Below, piece after piece: positions 51,436-64,000 of a stretch of DNA of 64,000 bases. Origin of the DNA: Trichosphaerium sp. ATCC 40318. Taxonomy: Eukaryota > Protista > Tubulinea. The translations under genes and the position numbers were made by a program. Numbering within the stretch: the first letter of the stretch is position 1; each line of letters begins with the position of its first letter. The notes beneath the pieces were generated by a model. That model had not been told where the DNA came from, searched no databases, and saw only the letters and a list, made by a program, of their open reading frames with translations. The stretch lies in assembly GCA_038496445.1 (NCBI GenBank), contig JALMLS010000507.1:434001-498000 (forward strand). Direction: 5' to 3'.

Positions 51436-54400
51436 TCAAGATGCATACTTGGCTCTATCTTTTCCTCTTTTTTTCTTTTTATCTTTCTTTGGCTTCTTAT
51501 CTTTAGATTTTTTTAATGACTTCTTTCCACTACTGCTAGTACTAAGCGTAATACTATCAGAACTATTATCTGAAGCAAAAATCTTATCAGATGATTTTCT
51601 CTTTCCTACATGAAATCTTAACTAAAAATTTTTGTTTGGATATTAAAAAACGAATGGTGTTTGTTCATCAAGTGAAACAACAAGTTGATGTCAAGTCCAC
51701 ATTTTTTATGTTTTACGAGCAAAGTCAACTTGTTATTTCAGTTGAATGATACAGTAAGAGGAATTTAGATTGACAAACAGAGCAAGAAAACATAAAAATT
51801 GAGCAACTCCACATTTGCTGAAATAGCAGCTTTGTAAAAGGGTGACAGCAAGATATGTAAGTAGTCATTTTCGATTGTTTAGGTTTTTCATAACAGTGCA
51901 ATGGTTTGTACCTTCTCTTTTGGGTGTACTAGGTGAAGTAGAAGCATCTTTTTTAGGTGGTTGTGAATGTTTTAAATTCTCTTTCTTTCTTAGTAGAGAA
52001 TTTTTACGACTTCTCCTTGGCTTCTAAAAGGGTGGTAAGAATGCAGTAGTTTTTAAAATTATAAAAAGGCCTGCTAAACATTGAAGTTTTTGGAGGACGC
52101 GTTAGCATTAATAGTATAACTGTTTGGTAAGTGAGAGCGCTTGTAATTATATAAAGTATATTTTTTACCTTTGGCTGATCTTCTGATGGAATGGAAACAT
52201 ACGTCTTCCGTGAAGTAAACTCCTAGTGAAAAAAAAATCAGATTTGAAGAAAAAAAAGAAAGAAAAAAAACCAGTTTGATGAGTGTTTTTAGCCTGAAAA
52301 AACGCAACGTTCATGAAATAACACATATACAAGACAAGTTGTCATTTGTTAGTTGATGTGCAGGTGTTGTAAAGATCTTTTTTCGATAAGCAAAAAAAGG
52401 GAGGTCTTTCACTTTTTCTCTTACGTACAGCAAGTTTGTTCATATCTTCTTTGTTTTTCTCTGGTACCACATCCTTATAATTATACGCTACTCCTTCACC
52501 TTGTAATGCAGCATCAATAGTGGTATACTCAGACTCAAGTTCAGCTCCATTCTCTTCATGGAATGCTTGTGTTATGTTTGGAATACAAGGGAGTTGATAG
52601 CGTTTACTTCTACTTTGAACAAACTCTTTCATTGTAGGTACATAATCTACAAAATAAAACTAATCAGTAATCACGTGGATATCACGTGAAAAGAAACAAA
52701 ACCAAGAAAATCATGACAGTCCCGTTGAAGGTATAGCAGAGGGGCTGGGGGTGTTGGTGAACAACCATTGAGTCAATGCTTACATGTTTTGAAACCGTTA
52801 CTATTTTTAACAGTGAACTTTCCAGGTTCTGGATAAACACGTTCTTGAAGAACGTTATCTCCTTCTCTGTATGCCATTACCTAATATCAAAAACCCAGTT
52901 AACACCAACCACAAAGAAATAGTTAGAACAAGTAAGTGCGTACATAGTAATAACCTTTAGATCCTATCCTAGCCAAAAAACTGCCGTCTGGAGCCTCTTT
53001 AAGAAGGTTTGTAGTGAGGATCTTTTTAAAAACAAATAATAAGCAATCTGACTATTCTTTGCAATGTCGTTCTTATTACGTACTTGATCTAGGTTTCCTC
53101 TAAACCACCTAAATATGTATGAGTTTATGTGTTTTATAAAAGAGTTTAAGTTATTCCGTACGGCTCTGAAGGCCACATTTCATCAAAAGGGTTTTTCAAA
53201 AAAGTTGTCTTTCCATAGTATTCAATAAAGTCTGCAATGTTCCCAAAAGATGGTACATCAGGAGACCTAAAATCACCAGATAACATTCCTTTTGGTATTA
53301 TGGTTAGCAAAAAAAAAAGAAGGAGTTTTAGAGTTACCATTTGATGACTTGACAAGCCACTTCTCAACAACCTAAAAATCGAATAAATCGAGAATAATTT
53401 ATGTGTCAACAAAATAGTCACGTTTACAAAAAATTTTATCACGTGATTATGAAGGTACGTATTAAAAAAAAATAGCAATTCTAATTTTTCACGTGTCGGT
53501 TTAATAAATATTGTCACGTGATATGACCGAGACTTTGGGGTTTGCGTGTTCACGTACAGTATTAGTCCTGACAGAAAATGCAAAATTGCCAGGCTGTGAT
53601 CTAAATTATGGTTAATAAACCTTAATCCGTTGTAATATTATTTCGTTTCTTAGGTTCAAAGTTGATTACGAAATCATACCTACTAAACCGAGCTATAAAA
53701 GTACCAATAGGTTTTTGGAACAGTAGAAAAGAACATTCCTCATGATCAAGGTACCTACACATCAATGGTTAGTATTCTATCAACATATCTAGATATCTAA
53801 TAACAGTGTTCCTATCACTGGAACACGCTATCAAAGCAAGAACTTAAAAATTACCAGTGGAACCACGGTTTAGTGCAATAACTGTTCATCTAAACATTAC
53901 GATTTAGCGTCCCTCATAATTATTGACAATTTACTTACCTTATCTATGCACTCAGCAAATGGTCCGTTTCCTTCTAGAAATGAAGCAAAAGTATGAGCTG
54001 ATATGTATCCAGCGCCATTGTGATCTTACGCATGATGTTAGACCAAACGTGTTGAGAAGTAAATAAATGTACCAAGAACTCGTTTAAGATTTTCAACATC
54101 CTTTTTAGTAACAAACAGAGCTTTCTGTAGTGCCTAAACGATAATAAACAATAAAAAAAAAGGTACTAGTACTTACAGCTATAAATACATCCCATTGAAC
54201 AAGAGCAACCTAGTAAAAAGAAACGAAACTTAGTGGAGCTCAGTACATCAAATAACATTCAACGAACAGTGTGGAAATTATCCTTCCAAAATTGAATGGC
54301 GTCTGAGTCCCAGAATAGTTCGGAATACTCTTCATTTCTTTCTTGCTCACCCAATCTAAATACCACAACTTAGTATCACGTGGTAAATCGAACTTAATAG

Positions 54401-56932
54401 GATTATGTGACTTACTTGTTCAAGAACGCTCCAAGTTCTTTTGAAGAAGCTTCTTCTGGATCATAATCTGAAGCAGCATACATAGAATCTTCTTCGTCAC
54501 TGCCAACATCAGTACCATTAGGTGGGAGTAAATTATATGTGTTGTTCGCATTCACATTATCAGGTCTATCACTAGAGGTTCAGCAAGATGAAAACTTGGT
54601 GGTCCAGAAAGTTCAGTACCTTGGTTTCAAACCTTTTCTTCCATAAAGTTGTGTAAGTCTGAAAACTTCTTGTGTCAATCGTGAATTAGCGTGCTCGATT
54701 TGAGCACGTGCTTGTTTCTTTTTAGTCCAGTATGACCAAAATTGATCTTTATGAGATCCCAAGAATGTATCATATGCTCCAAGTACATCAACAAGTCTAC
54801 TGAAATCCCGTGATTTATTTTTCGGAATATGTAAATTTTTAACGGCCAGCGCTGATTGACGAAGAACAATCATGACATCCTGAACATCAATCTAAAACAA
54901 TATGAGATCACAGCAACAGAAAATCGCTAGAGTTTCTTGTGACTTACTTTTCCTGCAGCTACACCATGGATATAATCAAGGAGCTGTTAATAAAAAAAGT
55001 TTAGTTGAAAATACAAGCAACAAAAGAAAATTATGAAATTATGGGTCTGCCTTACCGACACCATGTACTTCAGAACTGTGATTTTTGATATATCTGCTTG
55101 TGCATCCTTTATTGTTCGGAACTGAACTTTCAGTCGCGGTAAGTACGAAGCGTTGAGTTCCTAATGACAGAATATTATGACGTGATTGTGATGGTATTCA
55201 GGATAGGTAAACAAACCTTTCTCTGAGCAGCTTTGAGCTTCTTATTGGGTATTTGAAGTTGAACTATTTTCTTTGATAACAATACTGTTATAACATTATT
55301 ATCAGCTCCAACGCCAACTTCTTTGATTTTATCCTTAAATACTTTGGAACGAAGTGGCTCTATTTTAAAAAAATTACTATTAGAGCTTTCACCAGCATTT
55401 TTGGCACGTGACAGTTGTACGCGTCGCGACGTTGTATAATTTACTGCAAAAAAACTTCGCCTTCGTTAAAACATCTAAACTGTTGCGCGTAGGTATAAGT
55501 ACGTACCTTCTTGATCCGTAATACGGCTCCAAAAAGTAATTTCGTGATCTGATGTTCCTAAAAGGAATTCTCCGTATTCTGTTAATCCCTATATTGGTGT
55601 TACTTAATAAATTCTAAGATTGTGTTGTACCTTTATAGCTGTAGTCCTTAGTTGCCTCATGAAGAAAGATAGAGCTTCCCCATTTTGAGCTTTAGGATTA
55701 TCATGGATAACCTGTTGAAAAGAAAGATCATTATTTCGGAGAGTCTTTTTTTTTTTTGTTTTTCTTCTTTGTGTACGTTTTCTAGCTTCCCTGAATTTAT
55801 CTTGTACCTATAAATCTGACCCTCTACACCACCCACAACAACAAACTTAGAGTCTCCCTTATTATATGTCATAGCAGCTGTGATAAAAAACGAAGGAGAG
55901 ATAATAGTAGGTACATCTAGTAAATCACGTGAACACAAAAAAAAAACGTATGAACTGTCTGCTTTTTCTTGTCTCTGAGTAAATCTATCAATACATACCT
56001 TCCATACGCGTGGAGTTCCATATCACAATATGCGCAGAGGTTATACCAATAATATACGGAAGTGAAAGAAGAAGTTCCAAAAAAGTTGAGGCATTCTCTC
56101 TAAATAAAAATAGACTTTATCAGCGAACTACTGACGTTGTCGTTTTTTTTTGATCGCCCCAAATTAGTAAAAGAATTATGCACTTGGTTTTTTAAAATCA
56201 ATCTTTCTTCCAATCGATAATAAGAGATAGTTTTACGTACAAACCATCTATCATAGCAAGTTTACATTCAGAAAGAATCTCCCCTTTTTTTCTACTCCAC
56301 AACTGAAACCTAAACGATTAATAAACACCATGTCGCCTTTATATGTCTAGTACCTATCGTAAGAGCCAATAAGTAAAGAATTTGACGCAACTTCTGACAA
56401 TTTTGGCGTTGGTGTACAACATTGAGCCGGATTTGAGTTTATTTTCAATGGCGTCTCATCTGGTAGCTTAAAAAACGGTTCGGTCACGTGATTTTTATGT
56501 TTAAATAAAAACCTATAATAAGCGTACCTTATACATATAAATACTCTCTTCTGTTACCACAATGCAGCAAGAGTCACTTGGAAGAACACCAAGTGTTTTT
56601 TGGTTTGCCTCTACTTTTAAAAACACCGTTTTCCTTGTTCTTAGGTTATAAACAGCGAAGCGGTCCTCTTCCTTTCCCTCGTGTATAGAGAATATGTAAG
56701 GCTCCATAATAATAGGTTTCGTGTATCCCTTGAACCCATTAGGCATCGTAACAGGGTGTACTTCTTTGGCGTCGATGTCGAAAATTACATAACATCCAGT
56801 TTCATTGTATGTTGCCAAAACGTGTCTTGGTGTCATTAGAGCCAACCCAATACGTTTATGAAACTTCTTATTGTCCCATAACGTCGGTATTATTTCATCT
56901 ATTTCCACGGAGTATGGAGAGTTTTTAGACAT
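51436..56932 (-). CDS. Beta-propeller-like + helical bundle + Cbl-type EF region + tandem SH2 protein
   Basis: About 22 exons join in frame. WD-like segments (VVGGVEGQIYRY, LGTSDHEITFW); DAIQFWKDNF..VQWDVF..DHNGAGYISAHTF; SH2a PWFHW..GTFIARFS; SH2b PWFRGNL..GSFLARIG. Confidence 0.75.
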
Positions 56933-57245
56933 CCTCTAGAGGTACCACTATGAGTGCCTCTAATAGGTCCAGGTAGTAGCGATGTAAACAATGTCTGTCT
57001 TTGAGTTGGAAAATCTAAAACGTGTTTGACTACGCTTTGACTAGCGTTTCACACTTTCGTAGCTATTAGTTTCGTTTCAAAATTAAACCGCGTGTCGTCT
57101 ATAACAGTAGCGGCACAATCAATTATCACTTACTTTCAGTACTTCAAACCGTGTGACACATTAACCGACAAGATAAAAAAACACCAATCAGGAGGTATGT
57201 GTAGTATACGTCATCACGTGTGTTTTTTAAATTATCTTGTTTTAG

Positions 57246-58177
57246 ATGGAAGAAAAAAACAGTATCATTTATGCAGAGCAAGTTAAAGTTATTAACGAAC
57301 TTCACTCGTTTAATGCTACGGACGATATAAAAGAAAAATCAAAAATATGGTCCGTAACGGATTGTCAAACACTCTTACACTTTTAATTCATGAAAGCTAA
57401 TGACCTTATAGGTGGGCCTTATGTCCTTACTCAGGATCTCACATAGTAAAATTCACATCTGTTTTAGGGCATAGATGTGCTTCCCTAAAACTAATGTGCG
57501 TGTTCTCTTATTTATACGAATTTGTATCTTATTAATCAATGATTTTCTCCTTTATTAGAAATCAAAAGACACGTACTTCATGTGCTTATGAAATGTCACA
57601 CAGTGTTATGAAATCTCATAAAAAGATTCATGAAAAATACTGCATGCACAGTGCAGAAAAAAAAAAGGAGATGAACAATTTTAACATGAAAAAAAAAAGA
57701 AAGCGAGCTCCTTGGAATAAGAGTAAAACAGAAACATGTAAAGTACAACAACATTATTTGTTTAATAACCATATAAGCTTATTACTTGTATAGAAACGAG
57801 ATGCTCTGTATGGTGAAAAGAAAACACTTCTCACCTTATGTCGAGCATGCTACGAGTTTGTAAGTTTCAAGGATCCATTGTGCAAGAAATGTGCTTTGAT
57901 TCACCCACAAATGATTCCAGCACATATAAACATAGCTGGAACGCGAGACCATGGATGTGAAAATGGGGACATATTGAGTATAAGGAGGGAACAACGCAAT
58001 GGGTTATCAACTTATCAGCCTCCATGTCTACACAAATATGAGAAATTTCTTAAATACTGTTCTGAAGAAATTAAACAAACAAACATAGTAAAAAGAAACA
58101 CTTCACCGCCACGTGCGAAGAGCAATGAGGAATCTCGCCCAAAAAAACGGTACAAAAAGTTGTCTAATTCTTCTTAA
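57246..58177 (+). CDS. Tandem CHHC (U11-48K/GTSF1-type) zinc fingers + C4 zinc ribbon
   Basis: CPYSGSHIVKFTSVLGHRC and CAYEMSHSVMKSHKKIHEKYC; CRAC..CKKC in the last exon. Confidence 0.65.
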
Positions 58178-58337
58178 AATGCTAAGCATGAAATAGCCGA
58201 AGGGTACAAAAACCACAAAGGCTGTGAGATACAACAACAAAAGATAAACAAGGAGCGAGATCATATGTCGATTGAGTTCTGTAAAGAACTATACATATAA
58301 GCAAACTCTTGCTTTATTTTCACATAAACCTTTTTAT

Positions 58338-59828
58338 TTATACGGAGTATACAGATGATACGTGTTGTAGTAAATCTGTAAGAGATATCACGCCAACAAG
58401 TTTATCTCCATCACCAAACTAGAAAATAATTAAAAACGGAGTTTCTTTCTCTTCAACACAAAAAAAAGAAATATTAAAGTTTTTTGTTTATGGCGTACTA
58501 CATAGATACGGTGGACTCCTGTTTCAACAAAAGTGGTACATAAAGTATTAACGGTATCGTTCTCTTTAACATGAACAACACCTGTAATTTTAGGGTTCAC
58601 TGGCTTCAACTTGAGGAACTCAGAAACTGTCAACTTGAGGTTCTCAAATAATTTTCCATCAGTAATCATAGCCTACCAGTACGTTAACGAAAACAACCTG
58701 TTACTCCTCTTTTCAAGTACCTTAATATCAGTTGAACTCAAGTTATCAACAACCTTGCCTTGTGCATCAACGACAGGAAGAGCGCTGATTCTCTTCAAGA
58801 GTTGTTAGCAAAGTATAAGAAAAATCTGTGCATGGACCTTTTCTCGCATCAGTTTGAAACCATCAACTACTGGTGCTGTTGAGGCAACGTGTGATACCTC
58901 CTTGTATCCTAACTTGATCTCTGAAATAATTTGAGATCCAATTTTATCAGATGACATAAACGCATACAAGTGTCTGTAATAAAAAGTTAAAAAGGAGCAC
59001 GTGACATCATAATAAAATAATAAAATTCTTCTTTTTTTAGCCATTCAAGAACACATGTTCTAAAGAAATATCGTTTGACGCTACCTCACAACTGCTGATT
59101 CAGTAAGTAGTGTCATCATATCACCACCACCGTCAATAATAGGAAGTCTTTTAATGCTTCTATAAACAATGTAAGGAGTTGTATGGCCGAAAAGACAAAG
59201 GAAAGTTTCAGTCATACTTTTTGGTGAGTGCCTTCATAGCTACTCCCAGTGGCGCTTCAGCGCCAACAGCATTGAATGGATTACGTTCAGATAAGTCTAT
59301 ATCATACGTTATTAGCTTTAAAGGCGAACAGAGGAGAGCTGTCGGTCACGACTCAAAAATTAAAAAAACAAGCTCACCTTGAATAGATGACACCTTGGCA
59401 GTTAAAAACGCTTTGTTTAGTGCTTCAGTATCCGCTTTTGTCTCGAGAACGTTTAAAGCATGACACATGATATCCAGAAGGTCTACAAAGGCGACAAAGC
59501 GTCTAGAAAAGGTTAGAGACAACTACAAAAAATGTTCAAGAGAAAGGTAGGATGAGTAAGAAAATACTATTTGTGTGTACATCCAAACCCCATATACATG
59601 AGCATTTTAAAGAGGGGAATTAAACACGCACGCTTTACGAGTAGACCAAACTGGCAAAGATAAAATGTTGTGCTTCCAGGAGTTAGTGTTGTATTATGAA
59701 AGAGTATGTACCTCTGCCATGCGTTTAAACGCATTTTCAACAGTGTCGGTGTCTGCTACTTGGATTATTCCCTTTTTCAGTTCTTCAAGGCATGTTTCCA
59801 CCTTGGCAGTACTCATAAAATCTTCCAT
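58338..59828 (-). CDS. Four-CBS-domain protein (AMPK-gamma/Sds23-like)
   Basis: NILSLPVW, FVDLLDI, RLPII, ISALPVVD, NLSSTDIK, VHRIYV, VGVISLTDLL. Confidence 0.9.
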
Positions 59829-60087
59829 GGACTTTATTTTCAATTTCTATAATCCCGTTAACGCTTTACTAGCACCAACAACCTCACCTCAAGTTTATCC
59901 TGAGTAGCTTTAAGAATAGATTTCGGCGTAGCGATATGGCGTTCAGACATGTTTGGATGGTTAAAATGCGGCAAAATGAGTTTGACTTTAAGGCAATTGA
60001 TTGAATTTCATAAGTAATTGTAGACTGGCACTTGAATTAGGTGATGATTGTCTAGCTTTGTATGCTTAATTATGACGTTCGGTGATT

Positions 60088-63000
60088 ATGCGCCGTCGTG
60101 CAGCTAACTCTAAACAACCATCGTTATATCAGGCGCTTCCGCGTACGCTCGCATAGAGGTAATACCGTATAGTACTGATACCCATAAGCACGGAAAAAAA
60201 CAATACCGCCAAAAACTAGCGCATTTTCGTTGGATCTAGATGAAATTGCGCTTACAGGCGAAATATGCGACCAACTTGACAAAATAGATGCAGCATACGC
60301 GAATAGTACTAAAAACACTCGCAATACAAACACCGCGCAAAGTACAAAAGCTTGCAGCGTACAGCGCATTTTCTAACGTGTATCCTTCTAGGAACAATTA
60401 AACCGTCTAAACCGCCTCAAAAAGCAGCCAATAGACCACTGACAACGTGGAATAGACAACAAGTTACAAATAAAAATAATGAGAACTTTGAAAATACCGT
60501 TAATTCAAAACGACCTAAAAGTACGTCCTTTCAACTTGCTAAACAAATAGAATAATTTTTCGCGGGTTTTTCAGAATCACAACTAATCAAGAGACACGTG
60601 TAGATCCTACGCCAAATTTTATAATTACCTCGCAACCAACGTTCTCTGCGACTGCAAAACATCAACGTGGACCTACACACATGCGGTATGCTTCAGAAAA
60701 CACATCTTACGGCAATCCTACGCGACTACAAAAGTCAATGCGGAGTGTTAACCAACCGCTTCCAGCGCTGAATGTAAGTACATTTATTTGATTTATACTT
60801 GAAGTTGTAGCTTGTTTTTTAACTGATATTGTAGAGTGCTGTTGTAAAGAAACCTCAGCAAAGCCGTACATCGGTTCAGGTATCATTTTATACAGCGGGG
60901 TTGTGGCAACCAGTTACTGATGCAGATGATCAACAACGTAATTATTATTGCTGGTCTTGGGTAGCTGTCATGGGTGCTACTGCTCAAGTTATTGATAAGC
61001 CGAAACTCGGTGCTTGTGCTGTACGCGGAGGTGATGCAGAAGAGGCAAGTGATAGACACGCTGCCGTATTTGCATTATCAAAGGTACAATCACGTTTTTT
61101 GTGTTCTATGAACTCGCAAGTTTTTTAACTGTTTTTAAAGGCTATGGACTATGCAAAGTCTAAAGGAATTAGGAATGCAACTTTTATGTCAGATAATAAT
61201 AATGTTGTACAACAGGTACTAAAGAGGGAATTATTTATTAGAAACATACTTACACAAGGGTATGTAAACAGCTTGTTGGTAAATTTGCTTGCGATGATGA
61301 AAAATTCAGCTTGAAGTTAAAGTCGTTGCAAGCCAAGAGAAATGATGTTAGTGGTAAAGTTGTAGCTATAGTAAGACAGAACAATATGGCGCAATCCTAT
61401 GTCGAAGAAGCTAGAGAGAGCTTGCGTAAAAAGGCAGAGCAGCGTGGATTGAGTTCGCCTCCTACATTTGGTGATTCTCCAATGAGTATATCTCCTCAAT
61501 CTAGTGGTGTATCACGTATACCTTTTCAAGACCTTGAGCTTAAAAATGATCCAGTGCCTGTTAGAAACTTTGCAGTTGATAAAAAATCTGCACCAGCGAT
61601 CCCAAAGGTAAGTTACATCTCATACTTTTTTTTGACAATCTCTGTCTGATTCTTTTTCTTTTTCTTGTAGGTCAAGTCGCCAGTTGCTAGGAAGCGTAAA
61701 TTACCACATAGTTTTCAGCAAATAGCAAATAAACCTCCACCGAAAGGAAGGAAAACAGGAATTGCAAGCAAAACCAAAAAGTTTCCGTTTACACTTAAGC
61801 TCATTTATGAAGAGACTCACCACTACAATGAATTCCTTAAACGATGGAAACAACAGACAAGTTTCGGTTGGGGGTTGCTCTATGAAGGTGTTATAGGAGA
61901 GGGAGGATTAAGACCGCCAATGAAGGAAGAACAGGTAGACAAAATTAAGAAAAAGAAGCTAATCGTTTTTTTAGACGCTGGGAGAAGAGGGTTTAGCGTT
62001 TCTACCTGATACTTATGTAGTTAATGCTATTGCTGTTTCTTGGTCTTTTGATATTGTCTTTTTGGTACAACTTCATAGTGGCCTTGAATCAAGGAAAGCA
62101 GAGATGAATAAAAGGTTAGATTGAAGCTTATGGTTTTTTTTTTTTAACTTATTTTTTCTTCAGATGGAAAGATGTCAGAGATATATTCGCTAATCCTAAT
62201 ATCTGTAAAATATCATTTGGTATGAAGCCACAATTAAAAATATTGTTCTCCTACAATATAGAAGGTAACTGAGGCTTTAAAAACCTTTAAACAAAAATAG
62301 TTGTTAAACGAATCTGTAGTGAAGAATCTATCCGACCCTAAAATTGCTGCGTGGATGATAGACTCTGATGTAAATAAAGACAATACATTGTCTCAGATGT
62401 ATAAAACATACGTTAACAAAATACCAACAACAAATGTCGCAAAACAACACGAGTATTCAATTGTGAAGGTGCGCTACTCTGATCTTTTTTTGCTTTTTGG
62501 TTTTACTTAATTTTTTACAAAGGCTATTGAGTCGTATGCTGTTATGGCTCATCTTGAGAAACGTTGGAATACTAAGGAAGAAGCTGAATTGTACAGAACC
62601 ATCGAAATGCCTATTCTCGAAATATTGAGTAGAATGGAGTATTTAGGTATTGGCTTTGATGACAACAAATACACGACTATAAGACGTAACTTAGAGGTGA
62701 CTTATTTGTTGGATAACATATTTTCTTGTTATTTTCTTACTTTTGATAGGCTAAAATTGCAAACTTGGAGCGTCGTGCATATGCTATAGCTGGTATGGAA
62801 TTTAATATAGGGACACCTGATGACGTGAGGTATGGAGGAAAAAACTTCTTACTGGCTTGGCTCTGGAGGAGCCCAAATGCGACATGTTGTTTACTTTTTT
62901 TATAGCTATGTTTTATGGGAAAAACTTGGTATTGAGTACCCAAAAGGTTACGTCAAACGGCCTCAGGCGAAGATGAGGTACATTTTTAGTAATTTTGTAG

Positions 63001-64000
63001 TGCCAAGTATGGCTTTCTGCGATGAATGCTTATTTATTTGTGTAGACGTGTTCAAAAGAGTACTAACAAGGAAGTACTGATGGCTATTCGTCATAAGAGT
63101 AAATTACCTAATATTATCCTTGAATGGCGTAAATTGAGTCATACTATTAATACATACATTGATTCTTTACCTAAATTTGCTTTCCCTCGCAGAGTAAGAA
63201 ACAACTCTTTTTTACTTTTTCTGAAACCAACTGTTTTTTTAACGTTGTTAGTCCATGCAAATGAAGAGAGTTTATTCTACGTGTTTACAAACTGCATGTC
63301 CTACTGGAAGACTAGCTTTTACAGATCCTAATCTCCAGGCACGTGTTATATTATTGAAGATTTCTTGTTGACATTCTTTAGTCAATTACTCATTCGTTTG
63401 ATTTTGTACCTGTTAAAGGAACAAAAACATCTCAATATTCATCATCTTCAAAGTCTCCTGATATGTTTCATTCACCAACAAATTCATCATCTCCTACATC
63501 TCCAGCGTTAACACCTCTGGGACCAGTGATAAGGATAAACATTCGTGATTCTTTTTGTAGCCAAAAGGTATTTTTTCTCTTTTTTCGCTTTTCTGAATCT
63601 TAAACTCAATGTCTCTGCGTGTTACGTTATTCTCATATTTTTACTAGGGTTTCCAACTTATATCCGCTGATTATTCACAGTTAGAATTTCGTATATTAGC
63701 TCACTATGCACAGTACGTAGATTGTTTTTTTAGGCTTTTTTTTCTTGTTTTGTGTAATGCAATACGTGTTAACTGGAGTACCAGAGATGAAAAATTGAAT
63801 AGTACTTTTCATACCAAGGATGACATTTTTAAGAACGTAGCCAGTATTTGGCTTAATAAAAACCCAAACACAATAACAAAGGTAACCGAAACAAAAAGCT
63901 TGAAATTTCCATACTTCTCCTTAACCAATCTTCTAAGGAGGAGCGTTCTCATTGTAAGCATATTGTATATGGTATCCTTTATGGCATGGGTATTGGTAAA
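60088..64000 (+). CDS. Family A DNA polymerase (Pol theta/nu-like, no helicase), truncated by the window end
   Basis: DPKIAAWMID, EMPILEILSRME..GI, ILEWRKL, TGRLAFTDPNLQ, motif A ADYSQLEFRILAH, motif B RSHCKHIVYGILYGMG; GC donor at 63339. Confidence 0.9.

Noticed and set aside
1-64000. Alternative genetic code, CRISPR arrays, tRNA/rRNA genes
   Set aside because: In-frame stops are explained by introns, TAA, TAG and TGA all terminate genes, and no repeat-spacer array or recognisable structural RNA was seen.

Overview
Gene-dense, AT-rich eukaryotic nuclear DNA with many short spliceosomal introns (mostly ~45-80 nt, donors typically GTACGT/GTAAGT). Gene content (cAR-like GPCR, Cbl/Shk-type EF-SH2 modules, profilin, RGS, TKL kinase) suggests an amoebozoan-type protist (inference). 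I hand-spliced about 27 gene models; coordinates are start-to-stop spans including introns. Routine genes: MED19-like, MetAP1, GT4, MFSD8-like, arylsulfatase, TMX-like thioredoxin, CBS protein. Unusual items: an F-box-profilin fusion; an HSF-like DNA-binding domain joined to an Arg-less SH2; a myristoylated ZZ-finger carboxylic-acid-reductase-like (A-T-R) enzyme; a beta-propeller/Cbl-like/tandem-SH2 adaptor; a helicase-less Pol theta/nu-like polymerase with a degenerate RNase H-like domain; a kinase-less FHA protein with 11 TQxD motifs; a K+-channel-like protein with an AGVGYG filter; a GTSF1-like tandem CHHC protein; a hAT-type MITE with an 8-bp TSD; an exact 101-bp GT..AG-bounded copy of one gene's coding sequence inside its neighbour's intron; and strong intronic enrichment of (T)CACGTG(A). 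All domain calls come from motif recognition by eye. No searches were run.
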